Below are positions 58,233-64,000 of a DNA stretch of 64,000 nucleotides, in pieces. The DNA lies in NCBI GenBank assembly GCA_036172245.1, contig JAYWIR010000013.1, forward strand, positions 558,001 to 622,000, written 5' to 3'. A model generated the notes under the pieces. That model did no database searches, was not told the origin of the DNA, and saw only the letters and a program-made list of their open reading frames with translations. Position numbers and translations under genes: made by a program. The DNA comes from Raillietiella orientalis. Lineage: Eukaryota. Position 1 is the first letter of the stretch. Each line of letters opens with the position of its first letter.

Positions 58233-61200
58233 CGCCGACTCTGACGGAGAGAGTGGGAAGGGAGTTTCCGGGACTTTCCCTCCTCCCCATCGACCGAAGC
58301 AGCTTCATGAACAACCTCTGGGAGTGCGAGGGATGAGGAGGCTCCTGTGACCCAGGGTCGCGCTGGGAGGGCGAAGGGGCCTCATGAGCTGAAAGACTCC
58401 AGGGGAACCGAAATGGACTGGGTCAGCGCTCCCCTCGGACCTTCAGCGGCCCAGTGGCGGCGATCCTGGGGGAGGGAGACGGCATCCGCTGCGGCTGTCT
58501 TGGGGTCGCAACTTTTCTGGTGGGAGCGCGCGAGGCGGGCTGGCAGGGGAGACATCCTCATCCCGGCTGGGCCCTGGTAACTCGCGCTCTTCCCCGGGAG
58601 ACGCCCTCCCTGGGCAGGGAGTCTCCCTCCTCGAAGGGGGACGAGCGAGGTGCACCCAGGTGCCGAGCCACCTCCGTCCGGCGGAGTCCCCGGCTCCCCC
58701 TTCCTCTCTTCCTGGACGGGACGCGGTGGGGCTGCTCCCCTCAGTCGCCGAGCGCCGCTCTCGGACGCCGCTCTTCCACGGTCGAGCATGAGCAGGGAAT
58801 GTGGCACCTCACCCCCGCGTCAATGGGGCGTACGAGGAACCGGCCGGTCCAGAGGGCGGTCCGCGTGCCGGGAAGGCCATCCCGTTTCCGGGAAATTTCC
58901 GGGTTTTCGCCACATGCTTCACTCGCTCCCCGAAGCGGGGGAGGGAGGGAGGGAGGGGAGATGTGGAGCGGCTCTCACGCCCGACCTCTCGCCGCGCTTC
59001 CTTGCCTTCCCTTTGCCTGCTCCCGGAAAAGTCCCAAAGAGCGATCTGTGTCCCCGCTCGAGTCCTCCCGGGAGGCGGCAGGGGAGGGCTGATGCGTGAT
59101 CGTTCCCGCCCGTCCCTCCTCGCGTGACATCCCGAAGCGACCGCCTTCGCAGGTGCTGCGCGCGGAGGCGGCGGCCTTCTTTCCAGGAACAAGGAAGGGA
59201 AGGGAAGAACCTACCTGCTCCCCCGTTCCCTTTCCTTCCTTCCTTTCTTCTCTCCTCTCCCTCCCTTCACTATTCTTCCGGCTCCGGGGAAGCGAGGAGA
59301 CGGGAAGTTGTTCCCCCCCCTTTCCGTCTTTTCTGTCCATCCCCGTTCCCCCTCCTCCCTTCTCCTCCTCTTCCTCCTCCCCCCCCCGGAAGCAGCGGAA
59401 AGTTCCACTGCCGGACAGCGGAAACGTCTCCGCGGGGCGAGGCGCGGTGATCTGCGGAAGAGGAGGTCCACTAGACGCCGGGAGGAAGAGGAGGAGGAGG
59501 AAGAAGCGAAGCGCGGTATCCGCGGCAACGCACATGGCCGCCGCGGCCGGGCGGAGGAGCGCGAAGAGCCGGATGTTCAGTAAGCCTGCAGGAGGGCTCG
59601 CGGAGTGGTCGCGCGCGCGGGATACCAGCGGCGACTCGGGAGCAGCAGCAGCGAGATGGCAGGTGCGGCGGCTGCCTGCCTTCGGTCCCGCCTTCGTCGT
59701 CCTGGCGGCACTCATCCTCCTCCCGCGCTTCCCCTCTTTCCGCCCTCACCCGCCCCGGGATGCTCCCCAGGGGGAGGACGCCGAGGAAGCAGACAGAGGT
59801 AAGCCGAAGCCGATTTTTTTTCCTTCCTTCTTTTTCGCGTCTTCCTCGCCGGACCGGCCGGCGGCCTCCCGGAAGCGACGAAAGCGGAAGTCCCGTGCTT
59901 GCGTGGAGAGTAGCGTCTCGCACCTCGGGCCGACCCCCGTGCGTGCGCGTCTCGAAGGGCTCCTTTTCGGCGGGAGCTCCCCTTACTGCGGCTCTCGTGC
60001 CGAGAGGAGGGCCGGGCGAGGCGGGAGGGGAAGGGAGCGAAGGTGCCTCGGAGCGGCGCGGTAGGAGTTCCGTCCCGTTCTCCTCTCGCAGGGTCGAGGG
60101 GTGGGTGCAGCTTCCATCCTCTTCCCGCTTGCCCGAAGAGAGGGAGGTTCGGCCCACAGATTCTGCTGCCGAAGGCGCCCCTGGAACCCTGGGGAAAGCA
60201 GTGGGGAGCGGGAATTTCCCTTTGTTTTGCTTCTTCTCCGGTTCCGGGAGCCGGAGGGAGGGAGTGCATCGCCGCCCCCTCCTTCGTACCTCTCCCTGGA
60301 AACCTCCCGTCGCGCTGGAAGGGGATTTGAGATCTCCCGGGGGGACGACGAAAGGGCAAAGGGAAGGAAAGCGGGGATCCCTGCGTACTTCGCCCCTGGT
60401 TCCTGTCGAGACAGGATGATGGCGGAGAAGCCGCGCTCCAGGAGCGCTACCTTCTGGGGACGGAAGGGGGAAGAAGAAAAGGGGTCGGAGGTGGGTGGAG
60501 ACGGGGCGTGTGCATGCGTGAGTGGGAGGATGGGGAGGAGTACCTTGTGTGGGGTCGGGAAGCCATGCAGGAGGGGTGCGAGGGAAACATCCAGCCGACG
60601 GGGTCCTGGAGCTGGGCAGTTCTTGGGTGCTAGGAGCCGCCGCCGCGAGAGTCCCTCTCCCGAAGGGACGCCGGGACGACTCGCACGAACGGTCGCGGGG
60701 GAGCGCCCGGATGCAGCAGGAGCAGCGTACGACCGTCAGTCTCCGGGGAGCAGAACACGAAGAAGGACGGGAAAAGGGAAAAGAAGGGGAGAAAATTTTC
60801 CTTTCTTCTCTCCCTCTTCTCGCTTTCCTGGGACGGACAGAGCTTTCGCAGCTTCCTCCTCGGCAGAGAGGGAGCCTTTCCTGAGGGTCGCTGCCGCCCC
60901 CAAAATTAACCTTTTCCTACTTCCTCTCGTTCCCCTCGCTTTCATCCTCCCTCCCCCTCTCCGGGAAGAGCTGGAAGGAAGGGAGAGAGGACTTCCGGAA
61001 AAATCCGGAGACTTCCTGGATGGACCACACGTGTCGCGTCCGGGGACGGGGGGAAAAAAAAAATCGATGGCGATGATGCGCATCCCTGCGCGCTTTCCCT
61101 CGAACGGCGTCGCCGCCTCCTGTCTTCATCTCCTCTTCTCCCGCACCCGTCCCTGAGCGCCTCTTCCCCCCTGGCACGGGAGGAGGCGGCGGCGGCGTGG

Positions 61201-63743
61201 GCACAAAAGGCGGCCGCCGACGCCAAACAAAAGACGGAGACTCGGTCCTTTGTTTCCCTCACCTCCTCCCCCGGCGGCGCGAAGAGGAGACGGGGGAAGG
61301 GCACTCGCACGTGTGCCGCCCTTGCGGACCCCCGGAAGAAGGAGGATCCCAAGGAGGAGGAGGAGGAGGGTGGGAAGAGAGGGAGAGGCTATCGCCCACG
61401 CCATTTCTCATCCACCCCTTTCCGCGGTCCTGACCCCCTTTCGGGTTCATCCGGCCCGATCCCTTCCCGACCTGGTGGTTGCTGAGGCCTTCTGGAGGGC
61501 CCCGAGACAAAGCACTACTGTGACAGCGACGACTTCTGGCGGCACGCCGGGGGCGTCCGGGCGCCACCGAGGGACGACAAGGGGGTCTCTTTTTCCCCCT
61601 TCCCCCTTCCTGTCTCCAATCTTCCAGGATCGAGCTCGGTTCCCTCCTTCTCTTCTCTAGCTGTCCTCCCCCCTCGGGAAGGAACTCCTGGCTGCGGCCG
61701 GCAGCGGCAGTCGATCGATGGTGCCCCTTCCAGCCTACGGCTCTCCCGGAGGAAGAAGTTGGGCGGACGTTCCTCATCATCCACTCGCTTTGGGCTGGGA
61801 AGAGTGCGGTTTCGAGACGAACGCACTCCTCTTGTTCGCCTCTCCTCCGTCCCCATCCGTTTCTCTGTCTCAAGGCGGTACCCGTGGCACCTGATTCTTT
61901 CCGGGGCAGGTTTTCTGGATAGGGAAGTGGCACACCATTCCTCCGCTGGTCTCCCTCAGAAAGCCTTTCCCTCATCCCGTTCCCTCCTTTCCCTTCCAGG
62001 GAACAACCTCTGCGTCCCGGAGACTCGTCCGTCCAGAGCTACTCACTATTGCCGGAAGAGAAAACGGAGGGGAAAGGGCGTCCAAGAGTGACGGCCGCCT
62101 CAGGGAAACCAGCTCAGAGAGAGGGAAAGCAGAGGGTGAGAGGCGAAAGCGTGCGCTCCCTTGGTTCCCTCCTCCGGGAAGAGGGACTACCCTGAAGCCT
62201 ACCTGCTCCTCCTCGAGTCATGGTCCTGCCGCTCCTTTTTCCTTCCCTAACTCCCTTCTCCGAAGATCTGTCCCCCCAGGAAACCCGGACCCTTCTCTTT
62301 GCGACTGCACATCCCGCTGCCTCGGAGTGGAAGTTCCCGTGATTCTCCTCGCCCCCCTTTACGAAAGGGTAGCCCCTGTGGTTGCTTCCGCTGCCTGCGC
62401 CTGGAGAAAGAAAAGATACCGCCGTTCCTCCCGAGGAGGAGAGTGCCGCTGCTTAGGTCCATAGTCTCCTACCTTCCCACTTCCCTTGCCCTTTCCCGGA
62501 ACTCCGGAGGATCTACACCAAGGCTCGAGAAGAGTCGGTCCCCGCGGAAACCGGAACCACAAGCTGGAAGCTCGCAAGGTTTCGTGCGACCCGCTGCCGG
62601 AGGGGGACAGACGGGCCTCGGACCTCGAAGTGCTTGTGCGCGTGAGGGAGAGGGGAGGATTCCGTCCCCTCCCCTTTCGCTTTCCCTCCGCCTTCGTTCT
62701 TTCCAACCACCCTTCCCTGGCGCCAAGGGGAATGAGGTGGCACCCCGCGGCTGCTCCGGAAGGGAGGAGAGGGGCAAACGGCCCCAGGAAGTGCCCTCTT
62801 CCAAGAAGGCTGAGGGGATCGGGATGGAAAGAAAGCGGTAACCCCAATCCCTCGCCCTTCCCGCGGACGTCCTCCACGGATGGGCTCGCAGAGGGTGAGG
62901 AACTAGAAGGCGCGCAAGTCAGCCCTCTCCTGCAAGAGTGACCTCATTCTCGGGAGCCCCGCTGCACCCCCCGCAAAAATGGAAGGGATTCCCCGGTCCT
63001 GTCCTGGCGTGGACTCGTTTTCGCTCGTTCCTGTGAAGGGGGCGGCGTCGCCTTTGGTTACCCCTCTCGTCTCTTCCTCCGAGCCCCCTCTGGTTACTCG
63101 ACGAGGAGACGGAAACTGCAGAGCGCCTAGCTGCAACGGAGAGGACCGTCTGAGCTCCGTGGGGAAGTTGCAGCCGAAGAGCGTCAATAGGAGCGGCCGT
63201 CCGGTGTGAGACAAGCACCCCCAACCCCACAGGACGTCCGCGTTCCTGGACGTGTCTCAAGACCGCCGTGCGGGAGAACGGCTTGTGCGGAGAGGCGCCG
63301 GCGCCTCCGAGCCAGCGTGCGCCAGTGGTCCCGCGAAACCTTGGAAAGCGGGCAGATGCTCGGGTGCGGAGGCTGAGAGTCGGACCGATGCTTAGGCACT
63401 CGGAAGGATCGCCAAGGATCCGGACCTGCTGTTTAGACCGGCAGGACAGGATGACGAACTTGGTCGGAGTGCGGGACGAACGTGTAGATGCGCACGCTTT
63501 GGGTGGCTCCTCGTGGCGACCACCTTAGACTGGCCCTCGTTCCCCGGGTCTCTCCTCCAGCTCCTCCTTTCGCCTCCTTCGGGACTGCCCGCGTTTCGCA
63601 CCCTCTTCTTCGGAGGGGTCATTCACAGGGAGGTCATGAAGCGAAGAAGAACGATGGGGTCAGGAGGAGAGGTGGGCGGCACTATGGCCAAGTCAGCGCC
63701 GAAATTGCCCCACCGGGACCGATACGGTCTGCGCACCACTCAC

Positions 63744-63757
63744 CACGTGGCGCTCGG
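63744..63757 (-). CDS. Putative 14-nt microexon (x-E-R-H-V), possibly of the same - strand gene
   Basis: CCCTTCCCTTCCCTGATCTTTCTGCCGCAG|CCGAGCGCCACGTG|GTGAGT: polypyrimidine tract, branch-like CTGAT, CAG acceptor and consensus donor; read phase 1 in / phase 0 out it fits the exon at 54726. Confidence 0.35.
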
Positions 63758-64000
63758 CTGCGGCAGAAAGATCAGGGAAGGGAAGGGGGAGGGGGGGTTC
63801 CTGCTTGCTGGTGCGCGAACGGGGGGCTGTCCGAAGCGATCGTTTCGCTCTGGACGAGGACGGCTGCTGCTGCGGCGGACTGACTAGCGCCGAACGGGGA
63901 AGGATGGAGAAGGTCACTATTCCCGGAGGGTTCTGCTAAGAAGGCCCCGTGAGCGTTTGGATGCTCGCTTGGGCAGCATGATGATGGCGCGATAGGGCAC

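Overview
Eukaryotic (invertebrate animal, probably protostome) genomic DNA; no prokaryotic operons, CRISPR arrays, rRNA or convincing tRNA genes were seen. Two genes are well supported. (1) A + strand 5-HT2-type serotonin GPCR, closest in motif content to arthropod 5-HT2A/5-HT2alpha (GRY instead of DRY), split by a ~10 kb GC-rich intron (coding 15713 or 16040 to 27533). (2) A - strand TTC14 orthologue (S1-like fold, TPR repeats, long K/S-rich and RS-rich tail), hand-assembled into 20 phase-consistent exons (49943 to 44561, ~1121 aa) with mostly 41-63 nt introns, one of them GC-AG. A third, unidentified - strand gene probably ends in this window: a 14-nt microexon at 63744-63757 is phase-compatible with an acidic terminal exon at 54601-54726, followed by a long AT-rich putative 3'UTR. 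The window is sharply split into GC-rich, long-intron blocks (~3.2-44.5 kb and ~54.3-64 kb) and an AT-rich, tiny-intron block (~45.4-54.3 kb). Most long ORFs in the supplied track are shadow ORFs of GC-rich low-complexity DNA. I cannot demonstrate a new biological system. The best leads are the folded elements and cryptic exons in the only two long TTC14 introns, the microexon, and hairpin clusters downstream of TTC14. All alignments, folds and GC values are by eye and unverified.
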